A DNA stretch of 59,022 nt, filler included, from Ionaspis alba (Eukaryota), in assembly GCA_964255285.1 (NCBI GenBank). It is 2 parts of 2 records of this genome, joined end to end, with 100 filler letters (N's around TTAATTAATTAA, not from the genome) between each part and the next. Parts side by side here need not be neighbours in the genome. Positions count along the whole stretch, not along the records: positions 1 to 29,483 come from CAXUUL010000122.1; positions 29,584 to 59,022 come from CAXUUL010000123.1. The stretch is one strand, 5' to 3'. The notes under the pieces were generated by a model. The model saw only the letters and a program-made list of their open reading frames with translations. It was not told the DNA's origin and made no database searches. Below are positions 23,609 through 36,822 of this stretch, piece after piece. Position 1 is the stretch's first letter, and each line of letters starts with the position of its first letter. Made by a program: the position numbers and the translations under genes.

Positions 23609-26600
23609 TCACTTCGGTTCCTGCTCGAGCCGCCATGTCAGCTCCTCGACTTGCCGGCTCAGCTTCTCCATCATCTGTTTCAGGTCTGCCACTTCGTTCG
23701 TCCCCGCACTTCTCGCCGGTGCATCCGCCGTCGGCATCTTGACCAATGACGCTTCAGATCGGTTCGTAAGCGCTGCCAATCTTGGCTTACGTGACGAGCC
23801 GGCGGCACTGCTACCACCAACCCCAGCGGGCTCATGTCGCCCCCTAGCTTGCGACTTCAGATGCCAGCTCTCATCGTTGTGGCTCACGTATCGGCCGAGA
23901 CTCTCGTAAGCCCAGATCGCTGCTACGTACGGCGCATGTGTAGCTTTCAGTAGGATGATCCGCGCGCTCCGTAGTCGATCTGCCGGAATGCAGGGTCGCA
24001 GAGGCCGAAATAGAATGAGGGGAATTAGATTCTAGACATTCCATACCAAGTGTCGTCAGCCTCCCATTTCTCGAACAAGAACCTTGGTACGATGGATAAT
24101 CATTTCACGGACAGCCCCCAAGGCCAGATCATCCACTAAGATATTTTCAACAAGGCGGAACTAGGGACAGCTCCACCTCAAGCCGTACGACCGCCTTGAG
24201 AAAAGCGCACGAGTTCGAGCAGTCCACGCCTGCTTCGATTCGAAGCCACCGCAACCACCATGCGAATCGAGAGTTACGCACTGAGTGCAAAGAACCCAAG
24301 GTAACGGGCGAGGATATAACAAAACCGTTGGAAGAACACGGCAAAGCCTTTGATGCATAGTGCCGAATGCAAGAACTCACCAACGGTGGAAGATAATAGG
24401 TCAAGCGTCGCGATGCGGAGGCCTGATCATTTTATAGACTGTCAGCGCCACTGGCCCTCTCTGAAGGGAGATTAACAAGGAGTCACCTACCTCGAGAACA
24501 AAGACAGAGTATCTTCAGACACTACGATAAGCGCGCTTCTGACACAAGCGTGCATGGGCATTTTGTGTCACTCACTGGAAGAGATACTCCTCTCTGGCGT
24601 GGTCCAGAACCTGAGTCACATCAAACGTTAGATTCATGTATACTGTCGTGATCAGGATGATTGCGGGGAAGAAACTGGAGTTTGCCTTATGCAGGTCCTG
24701 ATTTGCGAGGCAGAACGTTGCTGATGCATCATAGAGGCAGGTGAAAATTAGGCATCTGGTGGGCGGTAACCAAGTTACCTTTGTTAGGCTGTTGCTGAGC
24801 AAACTGATTAAAGATGTAATCAGGAGGATATTAGTCATACAAACGAAAATAAGCATCACAGCTGGGCCAAGAAGAGGCGATATCTCGTAGCGGTCGTGTT
24901 AGCCAATCAAATCTGCAACGGGTCATCCAACACGATCTTCAAAGACAAGCTCACCTCGGATGCAACGTCCTTGTCCTCNNNNNNNNNNNNNNNNNNNNNN
25001 NNNNNNNNNNNNNNNNNNNNNNNNNNNNNNNNNNNNNNNNNNNNNNNNNNNNNNNNNNNNNNNNNNNNNNNNNNNNNNCATCCAACACGATCTTCAAAGA
25101 CAAGCTCACCTCGGATGCAACGTCCTTGTCCTCATGGTCAATATTACTATTATCATTGTATGAAGGTCTTCAGCACTCACAAAGCCTAAATAACTCGATC
25201 TATGCCACCCCCTTAGCATCGGTTCTTCGTGGCAATGCGGCATTAGGGAACCACACTTACCCAAAGAAGACCTTGATCAATATCCACGACATCTGCCTGG
25301 GAGTGAATTTGTCCCGAGCAAGTAGTGTGAACGTGGTCAAAAAGCCTGGTGCATCCAGATCAAAGACCGCCCATGCTCACCTCGTCGGATGCACTCACCC
25401 ATGTAAAGAATAACAATCAGACTGAGATATTTCACAAATTCCTTGGTCTGCATCCATTAAATTCAGCTTGAGCCTCGCGCGCGGCATTATATCTATTCGG
25501 AGCTTTGAACATTGCGTACCATCTCCTTGAGGCAAGGTAGCTAGATCCTGGTCAGCTCCGTCTGTCACTCATGGCAATGCAGAAGGGTTACTTACTAGAA
25601 TGCCGTAGTACCTTTGAAGGCTAAGAAGAGCGCAGATTCTATATCGCAGATCATCAACTCTGCTGAGGAGCTTCAGCGGTGACAGATCAAACATACCTCG
25701 GGACGAGAAAGAGAGCCTCCAGGGACAATATGTCAAACGAAACGTCGATGATGCGATCGCTGTTCTGTACCAACCCAATGATTCCTACGGATGCAGCAAA
25801 ATCAGCTCCTGCAACGGAATGGAGGATTAGGCTTTCCCCGCTACAAGTTGAAATATTTCAAAATACTCCGATAGACTCCATCGCGGCAATCCTCCAAACA
25901 TATCATAAGAAGTTTACTTACGCGTCGTCAGGAAAGCAGCACCAACACCAATAATTCCCAAGTCCCACAAGCTCCAGAAGTCAGCAGCATAGAACAGCTT
26001 TCCAGCATCGCGAAACTCTCCAAATTCCTCGTACGCAAACGCTGCAATCCAAATGTACAACAGCACTTCGATAGGCGTAATCCTTCGAGGGTTCCGCTCC
26101 ACAAGCACGGCGTAGTACAATCCCAGAAACGAGAGAAAGAAGATCGACTCAAAGATTTTCTGGTATTTCGGAACACGAAGTCGTGAATATGGATCTGCTG
26201 TTCTGCAAGGAGTCAGATTCATCCCTCAGAGGACAACATCACCAGAAAAGCGCGTGGTGTGGAGGCTGCCACGCATCAATGATGGCCAGTGCAAAAGGGG
26301 TAAGAAAGCATAGCCGTTACTCCCAGTAGCAAACAAGTCCACGTAGTAAGCAGTAAGCCTACAGCGAACAGGGATGAAGAGCGTGAAGGCCTATACTTTC
26401 CCTTTGGCATGGGAGATTGAAAGAAATCACACACCTCTTATTGTACCTATGCGCTTTCTTCCTCGCATGAGTCGTCAGAGAATCCCAAAAGACTATATCT
26501 CCACACCATAGGGCGTTCACAATTCTTTGGACAACATTTTGGCTGAGGAACTTCTTAGCATCTGCGACAGCGGCAATTTCCAATGCATTGAGTCCAAGGA

Positions 26601-27248
26601 ACGGCACGGTAGGATCGTCCTCATCATCTTCGTCTGGATCGCTGCGAGCTGTATTCTGCGTCGATGTCTGCTCGTGAATAGAACGCGAGACGGCCTGCTT
26701 GGAGCTCGAAAGAAGGCGGCTCCGCTCATCGAGCCCATCGCCGTTAGACTGCCGACCTGCACGTTCAATGACAAGGCCGCTGTGATCTTCGACGGAGGAG
26801 GCCGCACGGAAGCGTGAACGAGGGTTTGGTAGCTCGGATAACAAATAATCAATGAGTTCGATCTCGGAGAGATGAGTCAAGAACCTCCAAGCCACAATCT
26901 CGCAAGCATAAGCTCGGGTCTCGTTAATCCCCCTGTCATCTGGCTCTAAAGTATCAAAATGCCATTTTACAACCAACAACGCAGCAACGATATAGTGATG
27001 ATGGCAGTCGTTTGACAGTGAATGTATTAATGGCCTTAGAACCGTTCCCACTGTCCGGAGCTGCTCGAAATTGTGATGCACATCGATTAAGTTTGTGAAA
27101 TAACTCATGGAGTGTCAATTCCAGAGCCAATGCGATCAGACTGTACTTACAGGGCTAAGGAGCGGACAAGGTCAACGAATGCTAGATCATCTGGAATGTC
27201 AGGCACCGTGCCATGCACCCGAAAGTGTCCAACTCGAGGTCCAGCAGA
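23609..27248 (-). CDS. TRP-type cation channel, Yvc1-like, >10 introns; start codon probably lost in the gap at 27249-27348
   Basis: Exons read IPDDLAFVDLVRSL, ETRAYACEIVAWRFL, LNALEIAAVADAKKFLSQ, RLRVPKYQ, FYAADFWSLWD, FFG|SSYLGF, TNILLITSLISLLSNS and AREEYLFQ, then a coiled-coil C-terminus with stop at 23609. Confidence 0.88.
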
Positions 27249-27741
27249 NNNNNNNNNNNNNNNNNNNNNNNNNNNNNNNNNNNNNNNNNNNNNNNNNNNN
27301 NNNNNNNNNNNNNNNNNNNNNNNNNNNNNNNNNNNNNNNNNNNNNNNNTATTAGCTTTGAGGGTGAGACTCGATGTGCTTTACTCGAGCAAGCGTTTACT
27401 GGATTGCAGACGCTCGGTCAGCAGCAGCTTGATCCTGAGGTTTAGCCTTCTAGATTGACATGCGCACTAATTGCTGCACAACTTGTTCAACGGGCACTAC
27501 GCACACATTGGGGCATGTTTGGGTTGAACTGATTGATTGGAGAATTGCACTTCTAGCTAATGAAGCCACATTGCATTCTGCGAGCGTGCACGGTCATCCA
27601 TACATGAGCAAGAATTGACTCTGCTAAGTGTGCCCAAGCATGCCAGCAAAGTTTTCATCAGAATTCTGTACCGGTATGTAGCTTTGAAGCTACACACGGT
27701 CAGTCCACAATGATGGCGAGCGTCTGCGACATCAAATGTTC

Positions 27742-28702
27742 TCAGACCACTCCGCCACCATGAGCACCGTGCAATTCCGTCGTATCCCTTGCCCTGTAGA
27801 GTTCAGCCCATTCTTTGACGGCGGTGTAATTTCTGCAGTTGTGATTATTCCCAAACCCATCCACCCCGTTGATCTCGGGTTTGATGGGCTCGAGAGTTGT
27901 ATCAGCGGCGCAGATGATGTTTTGACGAAGGTACTCGATGCAGTGTTGTGCGTGTCCTACTTGCTCGCTGTCACCGTTGAGAGCTTCGTGGAGACCGATT
28001 CGGATCAAGTTCTGGAGGACGTCAGCTAACAGCTTATGGTCGAAGAAGCGGCAGGCTGCAGGGTAGGTACTGACCAGACAATGGAGCTGATGGGTAACAG
28101 AGAGGCAAAGACGACCGACATTGGATGTATCTAGCTCACGGATATTGCCAGTCCACAGACCAGTCTCCTCAAGCTTGTCGAGTGAGATGAAGCCCATGCC
28201 GTCTAACGAGTAGTTAGCACTGGAACTATGCTTGAGAGCTTAGCTGAACGGACTCGGAAGTAGATCATCCCAGGCCTTATCGGTTTCATTAGACGGAGCT
28301 TCGGTGTAGAAGTAGTCCGGCTGGAAGACGGTGTTGATCGCACCAACTGATCGATATTAGTGAGATGACCCGAGATCTATCGCGAGGAAGTCAGTGGATT
28401 CAAGCTTACGTTGCAGGATGTTGGAAACAGGTAGCACAGGGAAGATGCAGCCATCATTGCGAGTGTAATGAGCTGCAACGGATCCCAAGTAGCATCCTAA
28501 CACAAAACCCACAGCACTAGTGATAACGAGGAGCGACCATTTCTGAAAACCTCTCTGATCACTGCGAAGAAAAGGCTCATTTGCAACCACCTCTTCTTTC
28601 TCCAACAACCACTGCTCCTGGGGCGCTCCCTTAAGTTCTCTCTGCTGAGTTTCAGCAGGATCCCGGAGGGCTATGAAGATATCCACCTACAATATCGCAC
28701 AT
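27742..28702 (-). CDS. UstYa-like / DUF3328 oxidase (fungal RiPP and secondary-metabolite tailoring family), 4 introns
   Basis: N-terminal TM helix, ETDKAWDDLLP, twin HxxHC motifs (HQLHC, HAQHC), YLRQNIICAADTTLEP and GFGNNHNCRNY. ATG placed at 28702 via a predicted 46-49 nt GTAGGT..CAG intron. Confidence 0.92.
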
Positions 28703-29483
28703 ATTCAGTCTGAAGTTCTCCAACAGAGTACAATCTCAAGATACCTCAGAAGAGTGGCAGAGGGAAATAGTTTCTAAGGGACAAGAGAAGGTCTGGGGTC
28801 GATATGAAAGCAGTTCGTTACAACGTCAGGTGAATACTTAAAGTGAGGAAAAGGGAAAGTTCGGACTAGAGGTGTAGCCGAACTGTCCGCGTGATGTAGA
28901 CTTGTGAAGCACGTCTTCACCGTCAAGCCAATCTGATAACTAGAATAGATATAAATCTTTTTGCGCGAATGAAAACCGGGCACATCAGGAGTCTTCAAAG
29001 GCATGAACGTAGCTGGTCCTCCTATATAGATTGACTCTCTTGATTACAAGATCAACAAGACCACAAGGTGGTAGGGTGCAAGCTTGGTTTTTGCACGAAA
29101 CAGGAAGCCACGAACGAGTCTTTTCTATAGCAGGAACTCTTCTGCTCCCATGTAGTTTCAACGCTTTGTTCTTCCAGGAAGGGCTCATAACAAAATCAAA
29201 AGCAGTGCTCAATAGTATCTAAATGCACAAAAGCGGCTCGTGGGTAGAGAGGCCAATTGAAATATTTGTCGAGCTACGAACCACAGCACAATCGTGAGGA
29301 GATAGCACTATCATCTTGAAACAAATTGGCTCTCGTATTCTCATCGAAGTACAGCCAGAAAGCAGCAATATGATGTGAATATCGACGAGAGAAGAGGTGG
29401 ACAGCTCGATCTCGCGCTAACGTCTTGGATGTGCAACATCGTGCCATTTCTAAGGCCTGCACTGGAAACATACCAAACTAACA

Positions 29484-29583
29484 NNNNNNNNNNNNNNNNN
29501 NNNNNNNNNNNNNNNNNNNNNNNNNNNTTAATTAATTAANNNNNNNNNNNNNNNNNNNNNNNNNNNNNNNNNNNNNNNNNNNN
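29484..29583. other. Artificial scaffold linker N44-TTAATTAATTAA-N44
   Basis: A 12-mer with stop codons in all six frames, centred in Ns. This is a contig-joining spacer, not genomic DNA. Confidence 0.9.
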
Positions 29584-29613
29584 ACCGTGCAGAGAGCCAC
29601 TAGTAGATCACCT

Positions 29614-31594
29614 TTAGTGATGGAACAGCCGTATACTCTGTTCTACAAACGTTATGCCCAACTTCTCCGCTGTTTCGAAGACAGCTTGATCGTTCTGGCT
29701 CCCCGTCGGCGCAGCGATATACTTAGCCCCTGAACGCCCAGCTCGGAAGACATTATCGATGAATGGGAACTACTAAAGTTAGCAGCATACGGATTTTGGT
29801 GGTATGGAAAACGCACGAAGGCATCACTCGACACAGCGACCTCACTAAGCTTCTTCAACCAAGCATCTCTTTCCTCATCAGCAAAATTCTTGGGCACTTC
29901 CTCAAAGTTCTTCTCGAAATCTTCTTTTTCGATGCCCTCTTTAGGGATTTGTCCGCTACATAGCATATCGATGGCATTGCTCTTGTCTGGTCGCTTCGTT
30001 CCCTTCTTCCATTTCAGATCCAAGGCTCGTTCATGGAAGCGCATCCACCAGTTGTCTGCCTTGTCCCCAGCCAGCCTCGTACAGTGTATCCTCGATTGCT
30101 GCCCAGCGCCTAATCCAATGACTTGACCATTAAGGGCATAGCAGACAGAGTTTGACTGTGTGTACTTGAGAGCAATAGTTGCAACAGTGAGATCTCGTAA
30201 CGCCGAGTCCGATAGAGGAGCAGAGTCTTTAGGTGTGATGATGGATTTGAAAGTTTCAGTAGGTGTAATCTTAACATCGTTCCGGCCCTGCTGTAGACTC
30301 ACGCCGTAAACGGTGCGTGTCTCTATTGCTTGTGGCTCATATGTCTCATCCATCTGTAAGACGAGGTACTTGCCGCCTTTCTTCTTCGAAAGGATTTCCA
30401 AAGCTTCTTTTGAATATCCCGGTGCGACAATCCCGTCAGACACTTCTCTTGAGATGATCTTGGCAGTGGGGAAATCAACCGTATCTGATAATGCTATTAT
30501 ATCGCCAAAGCTTGACATTCGGTCTGCACCTCTTGCACGAGCATATGCTTGAGCGAGCTTAGAATGCTCCAAACCCTCAATATCATCCACCATGTAAACT
30601 TTCCTCTCGGTCTCACTCAACGGGACTCCAATCGCAGCACCGGCAGGTGACACATGCTTGAAGCTAGCCGCAGCAGGATACTCCAGGGCCAGCTTCAATT
30701 CTTTGACTAAAGGCCATGCGTTGAGGGAATCGAGAAGATTGATGTAGCCCGGTGATCCATTGAGCACTTTGAAGGGAAGCTTTCCTCCCTTCATGTAAGC
30801 CGAAGCAGGCTTTTGATGAGGGTTTGCACCATAGCGTAGAGAGACTTGCTGGACACCGTCGCCCGCATACTTCTTCCGGAAAAAGTCGGAGATGGCAGCA
30901 TCATAGTCTGCAGTGTGTTCAAATGCTTTCAAGGCATAAGCTTGTCGACTCCTTTCCGTAACCTCTCCTTTGCTCAATTCTTGCAGAAATTCCGCATAAT
31001 CTTGTGGATCGCTTAGTATCGTGACCCGGGTGTGGTTCTTCGCAGCAGCTCGTATTAATGTGACTCCCCCGATATCAATTTCCTCTACCGCTTCAGGTAT
31101 GGTGACATTGATCTTCGCTACCGTATCCTTGAAGGGGTATAAGTTGCAGACGACAAAATCGACTTTGTTGATGTTCTGGTCCGCCAGGTCCTTTTCGTCT
31201 GAAGCAAGGTCTCGGGCTAGGATTCCTGCGTGGACTGCCGGATGAAGGGTTTTGACCCGGCCGGAGAGCATCTCGGGTGCATGAGTAATTGCAGAGACAT
31301 CGCTATTGACATCAATTCCCTCAGCTTCCGGACCACTCTGCGCCAGGACTGCTCAGGTTCGAGGGACTTACTCGACTGGGAACCCAGCTTCGCGAATGAG
31401 CTTTGCAGTTCCCCCTGACGCCAGGAGACTGACTTTGTTTTTTATCAGACCCTTTGCGAGGTCGAGAAGGCCCGTCTTGTCATAGACGGACAGAATAGCT
31501 GGGAGTACCCCACCATCAATCAGCGGGGCTTTGGGAAATTCAGAGAGATCTTTTGGGCCATATTACCTGTTCTGCGGGAGCTTTCTGAGGCCAT
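29614..31594 (-). CDS. ADE17: Bifunctional AICAR transformylase / IMP cyclohydrolase, 3 introns
   Basis: [71 protein letters not shown] and SSDAF, ending RLFHH*. Confidence 0.97.
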
Positions 31595-32319
31595 CTAGAG
31601 TGGCTGATAAGTGTAAAATAGTATATACAGACCAGATGCTCAACCATCAATGGTATGCGACAACGATCACACAACAGGATTTATTCAACGCTCGAGAACC
31701 GTAAGTATAAATTGCACCGATTCCCGAAATTGATTTGTGCTGTGACGCAATTTGAGGTCGATCGTTATGCAATCTTAGCAGCACAACAAGCGGCGAGCCT
31801 GGGAATTATGTACATGTTAGCCTCAAGATGGCCTAGCTCAGGACCGGCAGGCGAATATTGAAACCAAAATTCGCTCGGCCTTTTTTGCCCTTCTCTTCTC
31901 TATACGAACAACGCAAAAGAAAAACAACGTTCTCAATAAAAGCATTCCTGCGAGATGGTCAGCACTGCTGATCTCCCATGACACAAGGAAATCGTCTACG
32001 AGAATGGAGAGGGAAGGCCATGTTTGGTTCGAGGACTGATCTTGGGTGCGGCGTTTACCTGACTCCTCTGTGGGAAGGGCCGCAATGATTGGTTATACAT
32101 CCACATTTAAGTAGGCAAGTCTTGAGAAGACTTTAAGTGAGCAATGGAATTATCCGTACCATGGCAGACGTGAAATGGCCTATGGCCCAATGCCCCTAGG
32201 ACGAAATCTCCTCAAGGTATATAGAACAAAGTCTTCCTTCTCACAAATTCTACACCAATCATGGATACGTGCCCATATGACATATAGAACAATAGCCCGG
32301 CTCCAAAACACCTCTACGA

Positions 32320-33531
32320 CTAACTTTTCCCCTTATCCGTCTTACCCAAAGCCAGTCTCCTTCCTATATTGCCAAAGCATACGCAGCTACAAAATAAGAC
32401 ACTCGCAACCCAAGTCCAAACTCCAATAATTTCAGGACTCATGAAGCGTAGTGGCATCATGCTCTCAGATGGCATATTTGACCCGTTCGCTGGAGGAGAC
32501 GGCGTCGCTGGTGAAGGAACCATTTCAGGATTTATCCCAAGGAGAACGGAAGTGCCAAATATGCCAATGACAGCCGAGAGGAGAAAGCCTGGCTTGGAGC
32601 GGTCGATTAGATACCAGAGGACCGGATTGACAAGCGCGAGTGTGAGAGACACCTGGAGCGTCGATGTCCATGGCAGTCTCCGCTATGTGGGAGTTAGCAA
32701 AACTTTCGTTTGGTTGGGGAGTGCAAAGATGCCACGTACGATAGCAAAAGCAATCCCCACAAAAGCACCAATGCTTCTCACGATAGGATTCCAATCAGCT
32801 CCCAATCCACTTTCAGAGCTCGCTCGCAGCCTCTCGCTTTTGTTATCGGCACTGCCATTTGTCTTCAACGTCTCTCCACTGCTTTCACCCGAACCTCCTT
32901 CCTGCCCCGCAGCCAATGCTTCTTCCCACAGAACATCCACCCACGGCAAAAGCCTCCCCAACGCGACACCCGCGACTCCCCAGAATAGCAGATAGCGCCA
33001 CGTGTCCCGTCTAATACCCTCAACCTTAACCGGCGCCAGTCCCTGCTCATCGTGTAAATGTGTAACTATCATGCCATACGCCATTCCAAAGACGAAAAGA
33101 AGCACAGAGCGGAATATCGTGGCAAGGAGAGTATCGATGAGTTTCGGCTGCGGCTGATGGTGCGCGGGGACTTCCCGCTGCTGCGGCCGTTCGAAAGCTC
33201 CGATCATGGCCGGTTTCCTGTCATCGGCGTCGATTGTTCTGTAGTATGATCTTTGCGGTGTCATTGAACCTGGTCTCCATGGCGTGCTGAGAGGATCGTC
33301 TCGAGATACTTCGTTCTCGGTTGGTGCGTAGATGCCGAAGAGGGTGGAGGATGTGAGGTTGAGGATTGAGCGATTGCGGCTTGAGAGCCCGCCTTTGGAT
33401 CTTGCATCTAGATGGGTTGGATCTTTGTCGTGGTCTGGCGTGGGTGGTGTAGATGGTTCGGTGGAGGATGGAGTGATTTGGAAGGCTCGCTGTGGCACAG
33501 GGCGGAGGAGTGGTAGGCTGTTGTCGCTCAT
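32320..33531 (-). CDS. INSIG-family protein (Nsg1/Nsg2-like), 1 intron
   Basis: SILNLTSSTLFGIY, LFVFGMAYG, WGVAGVALGRLLPWVD, RSIGAFVGIAFAI|RRLPWTST, LALVNPVLWYLIDRS and SVLFCSCVCFGNIGRRL. Confidence 0.92.
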
Positions 33532-34270
33532 CTTGTGTGGAAAGAATATCACGGAGGAATTCGAGGTTGGAGATTGAGTAAAGGAAGCTGTCTACTATTT
33601 CAGCAACTAGATTTCAAGATCGAAGGTAGTAGCGTAGGCGACGCTTACTGACCACATGAGCGAGGCAGAAGATTAGGCGGGGTCAGGCTGAAGGAGGAAG
33701 TGGTATAGGTTCCCGTGTCCGAGATGCAGTGTAACTCAATCTAGGGGCATGGATAGCCAGCGCATTCGTCAAAGTGGATCCTTCAGCTTTGTTAGTTGGA
33801 GGGGAAATGTAATCCCAAGGATGATGACCGTCGTTGTTGAGCTCGTTACCTTTCATGTGAAATTGATCGGCGCTTCAATTGGCGCCGGACCAGACTATCC
33901 ATTCATTAGGTTGAGCTGGGCTGAGTCGTTGCATAAGCTTGCTTCCCGGATGCATCCGGGAGCGGATAGTGAAAAGGAAGGATATTCAGAAATAATTACA
34001 CCGTGTATGACGATGAGCCGCAAATCATCGTGAAGGATTGCTTGAGGCATGCCTGAACTTCTCATGTTGTACAAAGCCACTCAAGGCTACCGTCTCAGGC
34101 AATAGATACTGCCAGACAAGATTCAGGATGCACGAGAAGAGCGTGATCCTACCTATCCTACGACAAGAAGTCTTCCTGCCCATACACTTTCCCTTCCGAG
34201 AATAACCTGTGGGTATCTAATGACTCCCAAATGACCCAAGATACTCCATGAGAAAAGCCAGACCTAACGT

Positions 34271-36822
34271 TTATCCATCCAGCATGCCATCCTCGGTCAG
34301 ATCACCATCCTCTGTATCATCCCCTCCACTCTCCTCGTTATTTGATTCTTCCTCAGCCTGCCCTTCTCCACGTCCCTCGCCGAGCAAATCAAGGTCAAGA
34401 TCATCCAATCCAGCACCTTGCCCGCTTGCCGTATCTTCAGTAGCATCTTGTTGCTGTGCTTCTCTAGGCTCGTTAATCCTCCTACGCTTTCCGTTAGACC
34501 TGCCATTCACCAATTTGCTCTTCTCGTCTCGTTCAACAGGTCTCCTGCGTCCCAAGTTCTTAGATAGAGCGCCAATTGAGCCACCCTGCTCCTCTCTTCC
34601 GAGGCGACGCAGAGCTCTATCTAGCACCTTCTTGTGTTTTAGAGCCTCTCCACCAAAATCGAAATCTTCATTTGGATTTGGCACAAGTCCTCCAGGTCCC
34701 CATGAGCTTTCCTCGTCAGTATCGTAGTCCTCCGGAAGATCGATGATGCGGCTCATCACATTGTAGCCGAAAGTGCTTGTTTCATGCTTCTTCTGTCGGC
34801 GTAGGACTCTTTGCACACCGACCAATTTCTTATGGAGAATGTTGTCGATTCGCATCTTACGATTCATGTTGACTGCTTTCTGATGAGAAGTTTCGGGACG
34901 TGACCGTCTGGTATGGCCATGATGTGAGGTTTGGGGGTGCAGAACAGGGTGGCTGGAGCCAGGTGGGGCAGGAGAAGAAGATTCCGGATGGTCCATCTTG
35001 CTTGTTTTCAGGATGAGCCGAGTGGTAGGAGGCTGCTTCTCAAAGTCGGATCGACCAAGGCTCGATGTGTTCTCGTTGCGAAAACCTGTTAGCCGCCTTG
35101 ATTCTGCACTACGGCCTGCGGGTTTGGGAAGCCATAGCGGAGGAGCTGCCGGAGAAGGTGAACGCGTACGATCGATGTCTGACGGGCCATTAACACCGCC
35201 TGGTGAGCCCGCTGCAATCTTCTCTTCAAGATTATCGCCATATCCTGTTCGAGAGTATTGGTGTCAGTAAAAGCTTCTTCCAAGTGGCAGAAAAACAACT
35301 AACGGCGATGGACATTGTGTCTGGAAAATGAACGGCTGATAATTAAAAATTTGCGTCTCAAGGCAAGCAAGAAAATTCTGAATTAATGAAATGAAGTGAA
35401 GAAAATAACTGAGGTATGACTACCAATCAAGACGCCACACCGGGGGTGAAGGGTAGAAAGACACAAAGGAGAGCCGCAACAAAACGCGTCAAAAGGCATG
35501 AACGCGCCGAGAAAGCACGAAGTCCTGGCTCAACACGGCATGCTGTACTTACGGGGCACTGATTTCTTCATTGGTGGACCAACAGTCTCGTCCTCTTCCA
35601 AGATCCGTTTACGCTCTAGCCTTTTCATCTCCCCATAAGCTTTCTCATCATTGGTGTCCACGTTCTCCGCGTTGGCCTGTTCCTCTGTCAAATGCTCAAA
35701 TGCTGGTACTTTGATGGGTAAAGCTCCTTTCTCATCACTTGGAAGACCACGTCCGAAGGGATTGTTCAACGCAGCATGCTCGGAGAAATCACTCTCTAGG
35801 TACCACCAAATCAACCAAAGAAACGCTTTGGCTCGACTCCGACTACTCAAGGTACTTCGTATAACTAAATCGAAGAAATCTCTTGGTTGATAGAAATGTG
35901 TTTCTGAGATTTTGGGTGCGTATTGTGAGAGGACGAAAATGAGGTTGACGGGGTTGGTTCGAGGGATGGAAGCTGCTACGATCTTCTCGATTGTGTTCGG
36001 TTGACCTGATTCTTCGCATGACCCTTTGAGAATAGATTTGAGTCGAGGTGCGTCCTGTAATTGTTTGTAGGCGTTTGGGTCCTGGTGTGCTTGTAGACAG
36101 GGGATCGAGTGATAAGTCCGGAGTTGAGCTCGCATTTCAGGGAAGACTGTGCTCACGATCAGCTACATACAAGGGCTGACAATGAAGGTGTGCCCACAGT
36201 TGAGTGTGGTATTCATTCTGCCAACATTGACGAGCAAGCATATCATCGCCATGTTCAATGCTGCTTCACGTTCCGTCAATAATTTCTCCCGTAGAATCTT
36301 GCTCGTCTTGGTACTTCTCGCCATGGCGTGAATGTAAATATCTGCAAAACTGTGTCCAGGAGTACCGTCTGCAGCTCTGGTAAAGACAGGAGTCGTGTCC
36401 TCGAAGACGGCACGAAGAAAGGAGAACTGGATATCTTTACGCCATAGTGGGATCCCATCCTCCTTCTTCAGATGTCTGATCTTGTTCCCCGAGTACACCG
36501 ATCCTATGGTTCCATTGGCATTTCTCCGACTGTGGGCGACCGTCATAGTGTGGGAAGGATTGATGTCTGATGCCCGGCTGTAAGAATCATTTTGCACGCT
36601 GCGTTCGTCGTCCAGGCCTTCCTTGCCCACCTCAGGAGCCGCCTTTGTAGATCTCCTAGCTGGTGACTCTTGCCTCGAGGATTCTTGACGCAGCGATCGT
36701 GAAGGTGTCTCTGTGGAGGTTTCGGACGTCGCAAGCACGTGCCGTAAGCTTTGTCTCGGGTCTGGTTCATCCACCCGCGGTGATGGGAGCGCAGTAACGT
36801 TTGCCTCCATATCGACATCCAT
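34271..36822 (-). CDS. IES1: INO80 complex subunit 1, 2 introns (one about 300 nt)
   Basis: KIRHLKKEDGIPLWRKDIQ, LLVNVGRMNTTLN, QLRTYHSIPCLQ, LQDAPRLKSILKG and RAKAFLWLIWWYLE, followed by an acidic C-terminal tail. Confidence 0.88.

Noticed and set aside
24926..25131. Apparent tandem duplication of the DVASE microexon in the TRP channel (could mimic mutually exclusive exons)
   Set aside because: The two copies are identical and directly abut a 100-N gap, so this is an assembly artefact.
32369..32995. 208-aa plus-strand ORF
   Set aside because: Antisense shadow of the INSIG gene; no domain.
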